Assembly: GCA_963705505.1 (NCBI GenBank)
Contig: CAVPJU010000010.1
Coordinates: 512,001-576,000, forward strand
Length of the DNA stretch: 64,000 nucleotides
Direction: 5' to 3'
Origin: an uncultured bacterium
Lineage (GTDB): Bacteria > Desulfobacterota_D > UBA1144 > Nemesobacterales > UBA2774
Part shown: in pieces, positions 29,160-38,765 of the stretch
Numbering within the stretch: position 1 is the stretch's first letter
Layout of the letters: the number at the start of each line of letters is the position of its first letter
Notes under the pieces: generated by a model
What the model saw: only the letters and a program-made list of their open reading frames with translations
Told to the model about the DNA's origin: nothing
Database searches by the model: none
Program-made: the position numbers and the translations under genes

Positions 29160-30267
29160 CGGATTGTCCCGCTACGTATTTCCTCGGCACGTAAACACAG
29201 TAGGGCTCGGACTCCATGTAATCCCCGGTCACTGCATATGACCTCGCCCTCGAGCCTCCGCATATGTTTTTGAACTCGCACACGCCGCACTTGCCCTCGA
29301 GCCTGTCGTAGTCCCTGATCTCTATGAATAAAGGGGAGCTCCTGTAGATATCGACTATGCTCTCGTTCTTTACATTGCCTCCCGACAACGGCAGGAATCC
29401 GCTCGGATACACCTCGCCCCTGTGCGAGATGAAGACGAAGCCCTTCCCGTCGTTTATACCGCGGGGCGCCCTGCCTATCGTGTCCTGCTTCCTCTCCGCT
29501 CCAACGTCGGGCGTACGTTTGCCCGCCCTCGATTCCCTCACCCTCGCCTGGGCGACGTATCTCCTGTAATGGGGCGCTTCCGTGGACTTGATGTCGTAAG
29601 GCATCACCTTCGAGAGCTCATACATCCTCGCGAAGACCTCTTCAAACTCCTCGGCGCTCGGTTCGTCCTCCACCCTCCCCCTCCCCGTCGGGACGAGGAA
29701 GAATACGCTCCAGAGGACGGGGTTGAACCCGCTAATGAGCTTGGCAATGTTGTCGAAGTCGCCGATATTGTATCTCGTCACGGTCGTGTTGACCTGAAGC
29801 GGGATACCGAGTTCAGCACACTCGGACAAGACCTCGAGAGTCCTTGAGAAACTCCCTTTAACTCCCCTGAATGAATCATGAATTTCGGAAGTTGAGCCGT
29901 CGAGGCTCACGGCCATTCTCGATATGCCGGCCTCTTTAAGCCTTCGGATAGACTCATTTGTGAGAAGCGGCGTCACGCTCGGGGACACGGTCGTCCGCAG
30001 CCCTTTCTTCACGCTGTGAGCGATGAGGTCGTAAATATCCTCCCTTTTGAGGGGGTCCCCGCCCGTAAACACAAGGAGGGGCGAGCCGAATTCACTGATA
30101 TCATCTATGAGGTTTTGCCCCTGGTACGTAGTGAGCTCAAAAGGGTCACTGCATGTCCTCGCATCCGCCCTGCAGTGCAGGCACGCGAGGTCGCATGACT
30201 GCGTAACCTCCCATATCACTATGAATGGGGAAAGGTCAAAGTCTATATTCGATCTTTCATTACTCAT
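29128..30267 (-). CDS. Radical SAM/SPASM protein (AhbD/NirJ-related, TIGR04053-like), copy 2
   Basis: IWEVTQSCDLACLHCRA, TGGDPL, TEAPHYRR, PSGFLP, CGVCEFKNICGGSRAR..EPYC. Confidence 0.88.
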   Translation of the reverse strand: MSNERSNIDFDLSPFIVIWEVTQSCDLACLHCRADARTCSDPFELTTYQGQNLIDDISEFGSPLLVFTGGDPLKREDIYDLIAHSVKKGLRTTVSPSVTPLLTNESIRRLKEAGISRMAVSLDGSTSEIHDSFRGVKGSFSRTLEVLSECAELGIPLQVNTTVTRYNIGDFDNIAKLISGFNPVLWSVFFLVPTGRGRVEDEPSAEEFEEVFARMYELSKVMPYDIKSTEAPHYRRYVAQARVRESRAGKRTPDVGAERKQDTIGRAPRGINDGKGFVFISHRGEVYPSGFLPLSGGNVKNESIVDIYRSSPLFIEIRDYDRLEGKCGVCEFKNICGGSRARSYAVTGDYMESEPYCVYVPRKYVAGQSDEENANPSEI

Positions 30268-30417
30268 GGATGTCTGCCATCGTCACGAACTAATACAATC
30301 GCATACTTCATGTCACACTGAATATATTATACGTCCACACCGCAATTGCTTTAAATAAATTTTACGCGGTAAACACCCGAAACGCCGGTGTCCTCAGGCT
30401 CGCTCGACGTGCGGGTT

Positions 30418-31575
30418 CTAAAGATCGGCATGCCGGATACCCTCTCCTTCCAGAGACCCCCGTTTGAAGTCTTCGGGAACAAAGGCGCAGTAGGGCTCTG
30501 ACTCCATGTAGTCCCCTGTCATGGCGTAAGCCCTTGCCCTCGAGCCTCCGCAGATGTTTTTGAATTCGCACACACCGCACTTGCCCTTGAGCCTGTCGTA
30601 GTCCCTGATCTCCACGAAAATTGGAGATTCCCTGTAAATATCGACAATGCTTTCGTTTCTCACGTTCCCGCCGGATATGGGTAAAAACCCGCTGGGAAAG
30701 ACCTCCCCGGTGTGAGAAATAAACACAAAACCGTTGCCCGAATTGACCCCCTTGGGAGCCAGCCCGATACTACCCCCGGGTCCGAAATCGCGCGTGAGGC
30801 GCTCTGGCAGTCTCACTTCAAGGGGATTCCCGCCGGCTGATCCCTTTTTTGTCTCCCGCTCGACCACATACCGCCTGTAATGCTGAGCCTCCGTAATTTT
30901 GACTATGAAATCGACCTCTCTCGAAAAGCTGTAAAGCTTCTCAAAAAGCCTTTCATACTGGTAAGCTTTCATCTGTTTCAAAAGCCTCCCTCTGCCCACG
31001 GGCACGAGGAAAAACACCTCCCAGAAGACGACCCCGAGATCCCGCACGAGCCTGGCAATTTCTTCGAAACAATCGATATTGTGCGTGCCGAGCGTCGTGT
31101 TGATTTGAAGCGGAATCCCCGCGGAATGGGCGTATTGAGCGCCCCTCATCGTCAAATCGAAAGCTCCGGGAATCCCCCTAAACGTGTCGTGTATCTCCTT
31201 GTCAGGCCCGTCCAGGCTGAGTGCCATCTGAGCGAGACCCGCCTCTTTCAGCCTCCCAACCACCTCCGGCGTCAGGCTCGGCGTGGCGGCAGGAATTGTG
31301 GCCATACGCAAACCCTGTCGAGCCCCATACCTTATCAGATCGAAAATATCCTCTCTCTTTATCGGATCTCCGCCGCTCAGTATCATAATCTGCGTCCCCA
31401 TCGAGCGGACCTTATCAATCAGGTCAAACCCCTCCTCCGTTGAAAGCTCTCCGGGGCTGCGCACATTGACCGCTTCCGCCCTACAATGCCGGCACGCTAG
31501 GTCGCATGCCTGTGTAACCTCCCAGATTACGACAAATGGGGTTAAGGAAAAATCCATGTCCTTTATGCTCTTCAT
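30418..31575 (-). CDS. Radical SAM/SPASM protein (AhbD/NirJ-related, TIGR04053-like), copy 1
   Basis: IWEVTQACDLACRHCRA, SGGDPI, TEAQHYRR, PSGFLP, CGVCEFKNICGGSRAR..EPYC. Confidence 0.88.
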   Translation of the reverse strand: MKSIKDMDFSLTPFVVIWEVTQACDLACRHCRAEAVNVRSPGELSTEEGFDLIDKVRSMGTQIMILSGGDPIKREDIFDLIRYGARQGLRMATIPAATPSLTPEVVGRLKEAGLAQMALSLDGPDKEIHDTFRGIPGAFDLTMRGAQYAHSAGIPLQINTTLGTHNIDCFEEIARLVRDLGVVFWEVFFLVPVGRGRLLKQMKAYQYERLFEKLYSFSREVDFIVKITEAQHYRRYVVERETKKGSAGGNPLEVRLPERLTRDFGPGGSIGLAPKGVNSGNGFVFISHTGEVFPSGFLPISGGNVRNESIVDIYRESPIFVEIRDYDRLKGKCGVCEFKNICGGSRARAYAMTGDYMESEPYCAFVPEDFKRGSLEGEGIRHADL

Positions 31576-31949
31576 AGCCGGGGCTCCTCACTTAATACTG
31601 AGCAAATTTGGTGCAACTCCCATGCCATAAGGGCCCACTGCCGAGGCTCCGGGCGAATATGCAGACATTTATAAAAATTTGCCTATTGCAGAGAGGGTTA
31701 CAGCAGGGATAACCGCCGAATCCCAACTTGTAAGGCCCGGAATTTGCCGAAAGAATGCGTAAGACTTTCTGACACCTTACACCCTGCCGCGATCCGCCAT
31801 GCCCCAAATATTTGAGAATACTCTGGCACCATAATTGCTTTTTCCATGTAGGATACGGCTCCGAGGGTCATAAATGCCTGGTAACAGAGAACCGCTTAGC
31901 ATGACCGATGCATCCGATGAATAAAAAGTCACCTCGTTTAGGGAAAGTA

Positions 31950-33401
31950 ATGCCGCGTATAATCGTGATTGGCGCGGGCATTACGGGTCTGAGCGCGGCT
32001 CACAGGCTCATGGAGCTCAGCGCGGAGCACGGACTCCCGCTAGAGGTCACAGTCCTCGAAGGCAAAGTAAGGCCGGGGGGCGTCATATCGACGAGAGATA
32101 TGGGCGAATTTCTCGCTGAGGAAGGGCCCGACTCGTTCCTGAGGTCAAAGCCCGAGGCGCTCGGCCTTTCCATACGCGCGGGTCTCGAGCACCGTATTAT
32201 AGGAACGAGTGCAGAAGCGGGGACACTCTTCGTCGTACGCGGGGGTAAGCTCATTCCCCTTCCCGAGGGTCTATTCCCCGCGCCTACGCGTATGGCGGCG
32301 CTATTCAACTCTCCTCTCCTCTCGATAAGGGGCAAGCTCCGCATGTCGCTCGAACCGGTGATCCCGAGACGCAGTTCGCGCGGGGACGAGAGCGCTGCCT
32401 CCTTCATAAGGCGGAGGTTCGGTGAAGAGGCTTACGAGCGCATGGCGCAGCCGCTCCTCTCAGGAATATACGCGGGCGACCCCGAGACACTGAGCGTCCG
32501 CGCGGCGCTTCCGGGACTCGCGAAGATGGAAGAGGATTACGGGAGCGTCGTACGGGGGATGAGGAAAAGCGGAGCAGCCTGGGGAGCCCGTAAAGACGGG
32601 AAGGAAGGAAACGGCGGGAGGTTCGCCTCATTCGATCGCGGTCTGGGGACGCTCATTAATACGCTGGTCTCGCGGCTGCCGGAGGATTCCGTCAGGCTGA
32701 GGAGCCGTGTGAAAAGAATCGATCCTGCGGGCGAAGGCTTCCTGGTCCACCTGAGCGGAGGGAATCCGATCGAGTGTGATGCGGTCATAGCGGCGCTCCC
32801 CGCGTCTCAAGCCTCACTCATCACCGGGGGCCTCGACCTCGAGCTCTCACTCAGCCTATCTCGGATAAAGTATGTATCCACAATAGTGATAAACCTCGCT
32901 TACCGCAGGAGTGACGTGGCCCATGCGCTCGACGGCTCGGGCTTCGTAGTCCCGTCGTCCGAAGGTATACCCCTGCTTGCATGCACATTCAGCAGCGTGA
33001 AATTCCCCGGTCGCGGTCCCGAGGGGACTGTCCTGCTTCGCGTCATTATGGGAGATTCTCAGAACCCCGTTATTTGCTGCCATGACGACCAGAGCCTCAT
33101 CTCTTCGGCTCACGGAGTTCTCTCTTCCCTGGCGGTCGTAAAATCCCCGCCTATATTCAGCATCGTAAGCCGGAACCCGGAGTCGATGCCGCATTATGCT
33201 GTCGGACACGAGGCACTCGTTGAGAGAATAATGGAGAGGGCACGGAGATACCCGGGGTTGAGACTCGCCGGCAACGCGTACGGCGGTGTCGGCATTCCCG
33301 ATTGTGTGCGCTCGGGGGAGGAAGCAGCTCTGGAAATATTCACGTATATCGGGAAGAGGGAGGCTAAGAATGAAGGTCACAAGTCCCGCAGGAGAGCTTG
33401 A
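31950..33401 (+). CDS. hemY: HemY-type protoporphyrinogen/coproporphyrinogen oxidase
   Basis: IGAGITGLSAA FAD motif, EEGPDSF, GIYAGD, MPHYAVGH, GVGIPDCV. Confidence 0.9.
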   Translation: MPRIIVIGAGITGLSAAHRLMELSAEHGLPLEVTVLEGKVRPGGVISTRDMGEFLAEEGPDSFLRSKPEALGLSIRAGLEHRIIGTSAEAGTLFVVRGGKLIPLPEGLFPAPTRMAALFNSPLLSIRGKLRMSLEPVIPRRSSRGDESAASFIRRRFGEEAYERMAQPLLSGIYAGDPETLSVRAALPGLAKMEEDYGSVVRGMRKSGAAWGARKDGKEGNGGRFASFDRGLGTLINTLVSRLPEDSVRLRSRVKRIDPAGEGFLVHLSGGNPIECDAVIAALPASQASLITGGLDLELSLSLSRIKYVSTIVINLAYRRSDVAHALDGSGFVVPSSEGIPLLACTFSSVKFPGRGPEGTVLLRVIMGDSQNPVICCHDDQSLISSAHGVLSSLAVVKSPPIFSIVSRNPESMPHYAVGHEALVERIMERARRYPGLRLAGNAYGGVGIPDCVRSGEEAALEIFTYIGKREAKNEGHKSRRRA

Positions 33402-33567
33402 CGTAATTATTACAGGCACGGCAGTGGAAGGCGACGCCGTCATACTCAACGCCAATGTGGGCGTGTGGGAAGTGAGAGTATTCCTGGGGTTACAAGATTT
33501 CAAATTCTTTCTCTCGGTACTCTTCCGGCCTAAAGTTTTGATTCTGCTTTTGAAGCAGCTCTTATAG
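33370..33567 (+). CDS. Small hypothetical protein
   Basis: MKVTSPAGEL..., 65 aa, GGAGG RBS, overlaps the hemY 3' end. Confidence 0.5.
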   Translation: MKVTSPAGELDVIITGTAVEGDAVILNANVGVWEVRVFLGLQDFKFFLSVLFRPKVLILLLKQLL

Positions 33568-33625
33568 AAGCCAAAACAAATCCACACACAAATCTCACTT
33601 TATAAAGCCGGGAAGAAAAAAAGAC

Positions 33626-33652
33626 GAGATCCTGAAATAAATTCGGGATGAC
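33626..33652 (-). repeat. REP-like palindromic element (copy 1)
   Basis: Reverse complement GTCATCCCGAATTTATTTCAGGATCTC; similar copy at 42819-42845. Confidence 0.55.
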
Positions 33653-33677
33653 AAAGGAAAAAAATCATCCGGCCTCC

Positions 33678-34184
33678 TCACACCCCGCCACGTACTAGCA
33701 GGACTGCAAGTAATACAACCAGCAGGGCGAGAATGAAGTTGAGCCTGCCGAGCATGACAGCCGCTCGTCTGAGACTCTTGCCGCGGGGAGAGAGCGGGTC
33801 CTCGCGTATAATCTCGGACGCTCTAGGCCCTATCCAGAAATCGTGGACGATGCTTATGAGCAGGATCATTCCTACAATGATGAGCTTCTGAAGGAGAACG
33901 CGCCCGAATGATCCCTCGAAAATCCGCCCCGTCAGGAGGTCGGAAAAACCGTAGCCTCGGCAAGCGAGGTTAATCGTCCCCGTAATGATGAGAAGGATGA
34001 GGGAAACCCACCCGACGAGCCTGAACCTTACACCCGCCTGATAGAAGACCGCCGGGAAAAACCCCTGCAACTCGGGCTTCCTGAGCACCGGAATCAATAC
34101 GAGTATCAGAAAGAACATCCCCCCGACCCAGACCGTCGCCGAGAGTATATGGATGAATACGGAGATGACATATAGAGTTTGCAT
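33678..34184 (-). CDS. CopD/DUF4149-like four-TM membrane protein
   Basis: IHILSATVWVGG, TGTINL, K..IV, VHDF; four hydrophobic helices. Confidence 0.7.
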   Translation of the reverse strand: MQTLYVISVFIHILSATVWVGGMFFLILVLIPVLRKPELQGFFPAVFYQAGVRFRLVGWVSLILLIITGTINLACRGYGFSDLLTGRIFEGSFGRVLLQKLIIVGMILLISIVHDFWIGPRASEIIREDPLSPRGKSLRRAAVMLGRLNFILALLVVLLAVLLVRGGV

Positions 34185-34215
34185 GTGAGCGCTCCTCGGA
34201 TAAGAGAGCCCCGGG

Positions 34216-34839
34216 TCAGGATTTCTGTTTTTTCTTCGACAGCACGGACCGGAGCGACGCGATGATACCCGGGAGCATCGAGACTATGATTATCAATAGA
34301 ACGATAGGGAATAGATATTTGTCCACACCGGGGATCGTCGATCCCAGAAAGTAGCCGAGGGCTGTTATGCCGACAGCCCAAAGAGCCCCGCCGACCAGAT
34401 TGTATAAGATGAATGTCCGGTAATTCATCCTGCCTACGCCCGCGAGTATCGGCGCGAACGTCCTGATAATGGGCATGAAGCGGGCGATAATTATGGTCTT
34501 GCCGCCGTGCGTCTCGTAAAAACGGGCTGCACGCTCGAGGTGCTTCTTGTGGAAAAAGAACGAGTCCTCTTTCTTGAATATCGCCGGCCCCGCCTTGCGC
34601 CCGAACGCGTAGCCGAAGTTGTCCCCGAGCACAGCGCCGAAGAAGCATATCAATATGAGGAGCACCAGGTCCAGATGCCCTTGTGAGGCCAGGAATCCCG
34701 CCGTGAAGAGGAGCGAGTCCCCGGGTAGGAAGATGCCCAGGAATACCCCGCACTCGGCAAATATTATGATAAATATGCCTATGTATCCGGCCCATTTAAT
34801 GAGGGCCACGAGGTCGATGTCGATAAACGGCAGATGCAT
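34216..34839 (-). CDS. dedA: DedA/VTT-domain membrane protein
   Basis: FAECG..LPGDSLLFTAG, GDNFGY, ARFMPIIRTFAP. Confidence 0.92.
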   Translation of the reverse strand: MHLPFIDIDLVALIKWAGYIGIFIIIFAECGVFLGIFLPGDSLLFTAGFLASQGHLDLVLLILICFFGAVLGDNFGYAFGRKAGPAIFKKEDSFFFHKKHLERAARFYETHGGKTIIIARFMPIIRTFAPILAGVGRMNYRTFILYNLVGGALWAVGITALGYFLGSTIPGVDKYLFPIVLLIIIVSMLPGIIASLRSVLSKKKQKS

Positions 34840-35137
34840 GATCGGTTTTTGGCGGGCGCGGGATAATTATGACCGTGCCGAGCGGTCAAGAGTGTACCAC
34901 AGGAAAACAGTTGCAACTACTTGAAAGAAAAGAAGGGCTTGAGGGCTTGGGAAGAATCCGTCGTCATTGCCAAATCGCAAAAATGTCGCTAATCATGGCT
35001 GGAAGAATCCTTCGACGCTTCCCGACTCCGGCCCGGGAATTCGCCGGGACGAGCGGCAAGCTCTGGGCGAAGGGTTTTGGCTGCTGTTGTCGGCGGAAGG
35101 TAGGGTGTTTCGGTGAGTTCGTAAAATCACACTATGT

Positions 35138-35154
35138 GTGCGCGCCCGGAGGGA
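35138..35154 (-). repeat. 17-bp copy of the tRNA-Arg 3' end
   Basis: GTGCGCGCCCGGAGGGA identical to 35228-35244. Confidence 0.8.
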
Positions 35155-35230
35155 ACGGTTCTGAGCGTGCGTAAGAACCGGACGCCCTTGGCGAATTGCA
35201 ACACAGTCACTGTGCCTCGGGAAAAAAGTG

Positions 35231-35304
<74 letters not shown>

Positions 35305-35314
35305 ATTGTAATGA

Positions 35315-35701
35315 TTATCGTTTTGTCATGTTAATGCTCTTATGCCCCAATAACCCCTGGACAGTAGCCAGATTGACACCGTTCATAACTCGAACGCTGG
35401 CGAATGTATGCCTGAGATCATGAATCGTTAATCTTTCAACACCTGATCTTCTCACCGCTGCAGTAAATACAGTCTTAAACGCCCTAACCTGCTCACCTCC
35501 GCGATTGAATAGAAATTCACTAGAGGTTTTGTATTTTACCGACTTTAGAGACTCATTCAACTGCTTACTGACGGGAATATATCTCGACTCGCCATTCTTC
35601 GATTCCTCAACCCGGATATACCATTGTTTCAGGTTCGCATTCTCCCATTTGAGTTTAAGTTTTTCACTCCGTCTCGTACCGGTATTTATAGCCATTACCA
35701 A
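35315..35701 (-). pseudogene. Tyrosine recombinase (integrase) C-terminal remnant
   Basis: [35 protein letters not shown]; N-terminal domains absent, stop codon where the catalytic Tyr belongs. Confidence 0.85.
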
Positions 35702-35844
35702 AATGGGTCTCGAGGACTCAGCGTGATAAATTATATTAATTATTAGGTATTTTTAATCAATAGTCATTTGTAATCCGTTGTAGACAAAATTTTCTCCATA
35801 TTATATAATGGGAATTAAGCTGTTTTAAACAGGAGGATAGAGGA

Positions 35845-36624
35845 ATGTCAAAGCTTATCAAACTTAGCTTATCAGTAAAATTGTATATCTTCTTTATCGT
35901 GTTATTTATCATATCGGCCTTACCCGCATTTGCACAGGTCACGGTTTACGATAGTGTGAATAATTTTCTATCAAGTAACCCCGGGATTGGGTTTCAGGAC
36001 TTCTCGGGAGCGACCATACAGGACCCGTCATTTGCTCAAGCATGTACAGCCCCTGCAAATAGTTCTAGTAACGATGGTTGTTTTACCCCCGGAGTTATAC
36101 TGCCTGGTATACAATTCACCGCCACTCCGGTCATATCCGCTCCTGTCGATCTGGCTATTTTACCAAAGGATTTTTTGGGTATTGGCAGTCCTCCTGCAAA
36201 TGCGCTCGTGAATAACTTCTTCCATGCGAATTTCGAGATAGATTTCGACCCACCCGTAACCGCCGCAGGAATGACTATGGGTTGTGATACAAACATCCCT
36301 GCCGGTCATAAAGATATAATAGTCGAGGTTCGCGATCCACAAAACATTCTTTTATATTCGACGCATGCTGACGTTTCGATCTTTTTCAATACATTCTTCG
36401 GAATACAATCACAGTTTCCAATTGGCAAAATCTTATTGAAAAACTCAGACCCGACCGCCCCTGATATAGAAAGATCCGCCAAGGGCGTCATAAATATTTG
36501 GTTCGGACAGCGTCAACAAACCGTGCCTACACTTTCCGAATGGGGAATGATCGCTGCGGCTGCGGGGTTGGGATTGGTCGGGGTGTTCTTCGCGGTGAGG
36601 AGAAGAAAGGCCGCCGTTAATTAG
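35845..36624 (+). CDS. IPTL-CTERM sorting-domain surface protein
   Basis: AFA signal peptide; C-terminal VPTLSEWG, TM helix, RRRK. Confidence 0.88.
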   Translation: MSKLIKLSLSVKLYIFFIVLFIISALPAFAQVTVYDSVNNFLSSNPGIGFQDFSGATIQDPSFAQACTAPANSSSNDGCFTPGVILPGIQFTATPVISAPVDLAILPKDFLGIGSPPANALVNNFFHANFEIDFDPPVTAAGMTMGCDTNIPAGHKDIIVEVRDPQNILLYSTHADVSIFFNTFFGIQSQFPIGKILLKNSDPTAPDIERSAKGVINIWFGQRQQTVPTLSEWGMIAAAAGLGLVGVFFAVRRRKAAVN

Positions 36625-36791
36625 CAGGATTAAGCATAGGATAAAATGTATATATAGAAGACAAATTATCTAGTAGTCCAGTTTGAAGCCCCGTTCTGCT
36701 GTCCTCATCCTCCAGTAGTTCGGGGCTTCCCATCAATAACGTATACCATGTATACTATCGATAAAACAACTTGTTCTCCGGAGGGTTAACT

Positions 36792-36986
36792 ATGAGGAAT
36801 ATTCTCGCATTTATAACAGTTATTGGATTCTCCGCTGCGGATGCGTTTGCAGGCGCACCAGTGCCTATACCAGTAACTAATGTACCCACCCTTAGCGAAT
36901 GGGGGGCAGTCGGCGCGGTAGTAGTATTGGGGCTTGTCGGCATGTTCTTCCTCATAAGACGCAGGAAGCACGGCTGCTGCGGCTGA
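36792..36986 (+). CDS. Minimal IPTL-CTERM protein (64 aa)
   Basis: GGAGG RBS; signal peptide ending AFA, 10-residue linker, VPTLSEWG, TM, RRRK. Confidence 0.75.
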   Translation: MRNILAFITVIGFSAADAFAGAPVPIPVTNVPTLSEWGAVGAVVVLGLVGMFFLIRRRKHGCCG

Positions 36987-37233
36987 AGCCTCGGGACCGC
37001 GTCCGCTAAGCTCCGGGTTCCCGCTCAATTCAACTGTTCTTTTCATTGCGACGCTTACGAAAAAACGAATTAAGCGGATTAAGCCTTTACTGTCTCTCTA
37101 TTCTTCTTATTATTATTTCTCGGCCATTTCCATGTGTAATCCAATCTTCAATGGAGGCGATAGACCTGCCCTATTTCCGATATGATCCCGGCAAGTTGTA
37201 ATATCAAAGGAAGGTTGTAAAAATGTATCGAAT

Positions 37234-37277
37234 CGGATTAGAAGTCCGTTGCTCTATCCAACTGAGCTACGGGCGCA
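37234..37277 (-). repeat. Duplicate of the 5' half of tRNA-Arg (att-like)
   Basis: CGGATTAGAAGTCCGTTGCTCTATCCAACTGAGCTACGGGCGCA identical to 35262-35305. Confidence 0.9.
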
Positions 37278-37623
37278 AACAAGCAATTCCGGGTGGTTAC
37301 ATGATAAATTTAATTATATCTTCCGTTAGTTTCCAGTGATTTCCCGGTTCGGAAGAAAGTTAAATTTACCCAAGCAGTCTCAGCTAGGCAAAAGGGAGGA
37401 AACGTATAATGACCGAACCGGCTAAGAAGGATAACAGCTACCATGTTTCTCATAACTGACGATTTGTTATACCTTACAAAGTGTGCACGAAAATATTATA
37501 ATGATTTTGAAACATCCCCATCGGCGCAGAGGGGAGTCGATTCGATGAAAAAATCGTGTTCCGCATATCAGCGGATATCGCCGAATGAGAATCCTTCAAA
37601 CAGTTAAACCATACGGGTGATAT

Positions 37624-38643
37624 ATGTATGTCAGCGTCATAATACCCACATACCAACGCTGCAATTCATTAAAGCGCGCTTTGATCGCCCTTTGCAGCCA
37701 GACTTTTCCAAAGGAGAATTATGAAGTAATTGTATCAATAGACGGATCAACCGATTCCACACAAGAAATGTTAACCGGTTTTGAGTCACCGTTTAAGCTT
37801 CGTACGATATGGAAACCGAACGCAGGGAGATCAGCAGCACGCAACAGGGGTATATCAGAGGCAAATGGGGATATTCTAATATTCCTCGACGACGATATGG
37901 AAGCATATCCGGAACTGATCGAACGGCATTATAAACACCACAAAATTAATCCAAGATTATGTGTTTTGGGGAATGTCCCGGTACACATCTGCAACGATTC
38001 ATCCCCGTTGGAAATGTATATTGCGGAAACTATATACATTCCTTTCATGGAGCGGATAACCTCCTCCGGTTATAAATTTCAAGGTTTAGAGTTTTATGGC
38101 GGAAACTTTTCAATACGCAAAGAAGTCATACAAGAAATTGGTTCTTTTAACGACGAGTATAATGTCAATGAAGATATGGACCTGGGGTTACGTATTATGT
38201 ATGCCGGGATAGAGATTATATCCGAACCCAATGCGCTCTCAACACAATATATTGAAAAAGATTATGAAGGAATAGCGATGCATACCATAGAGCAGGGGAA
38301 ATCCGAAGTCATATTTGCACGGAAATATCCAAACACATTTAGTTTCAACAGAATCTGCGAATATAATAAAGGCACGATAAAGTGGCGTTTATTCAGGGCA
38401 GGGTTAATCTGGCTGAGTTTTCAATCTCTGAAATTTCCACGTTTTGTTGCTCATATCGTTAGACTGCTGGAAAAATACAGTCCCAACCGGGTGAAGAGGT
38501 GTTATAACCTGTCTTTGGATTACTTTTTTTGGTTTGGAGTATTCTCCACTCTAAAGAGTCCAAAAAATCAAAAAGAACTAATATCTAAGATCAAATCTCA
38601 CAAAGAACCCCGACGATACGACTTTATCTCTACGCTTGTCTGA
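37624..38643 (+). CDS. Glycosyltransferase family 2
   Basis: VSVIIPTY, DGSTD, SAARNRG, FLDDD, EDMDLGLR. Confidence 0.92.
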   Translation: MYVSVIIPTYQRCNSLKRALIALCSQTFPKENYEVIVSIDGSTDSTQEMLTGFESPFKLRTIWKPNAGRSAARNRGISEANGDILIFLDDDMEAYPELIERHYKHHKINPRLCVLGNVPVHICNDSSPLEMYIAETIYIPFMERITSSGYKFQGLEFYGGNFSIRKEVIQEIGSFNDEYNVNEDMDLGLRIMYAGIEIISEPNALSTQYIEKDYEGIAMHTIEQGKSEVIFARKYPNTFSFNRICEYNKGTIKWRLFRAGLIWLSFQSLKFPRFVAHIVRLLEKYSPNRVKRCYNLSLDYFFWFGVFSTLKSPKNQKELISKIKSHKEPRRYDFISTLV

Positions 38644-38765
38644 CATGCTCCCTTATATAAAGGCCCTGAGTTATATATACCCTTTTGGCCGGATAATAAT
38701 GAATGACCACCGGAACGCACATTGGCGGATAGCATCCGCCGGCAACCGGGAGTTATCCCGGTCCG

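Noticed and set aside
33678..34184. HemJ protoporphyrinogen oxidase
   Set aside because: Shares only the H...W.GG first helix; other HemJ motifs not evident, so left as CopD/DUF4149-like
37234..37277. Second functional tRNA-Arg or a split tRNA
   Set aside because: No T arm or 3' acceptor strand adjacent and no complementary leader for trans-splicing; an att duplication is simpler
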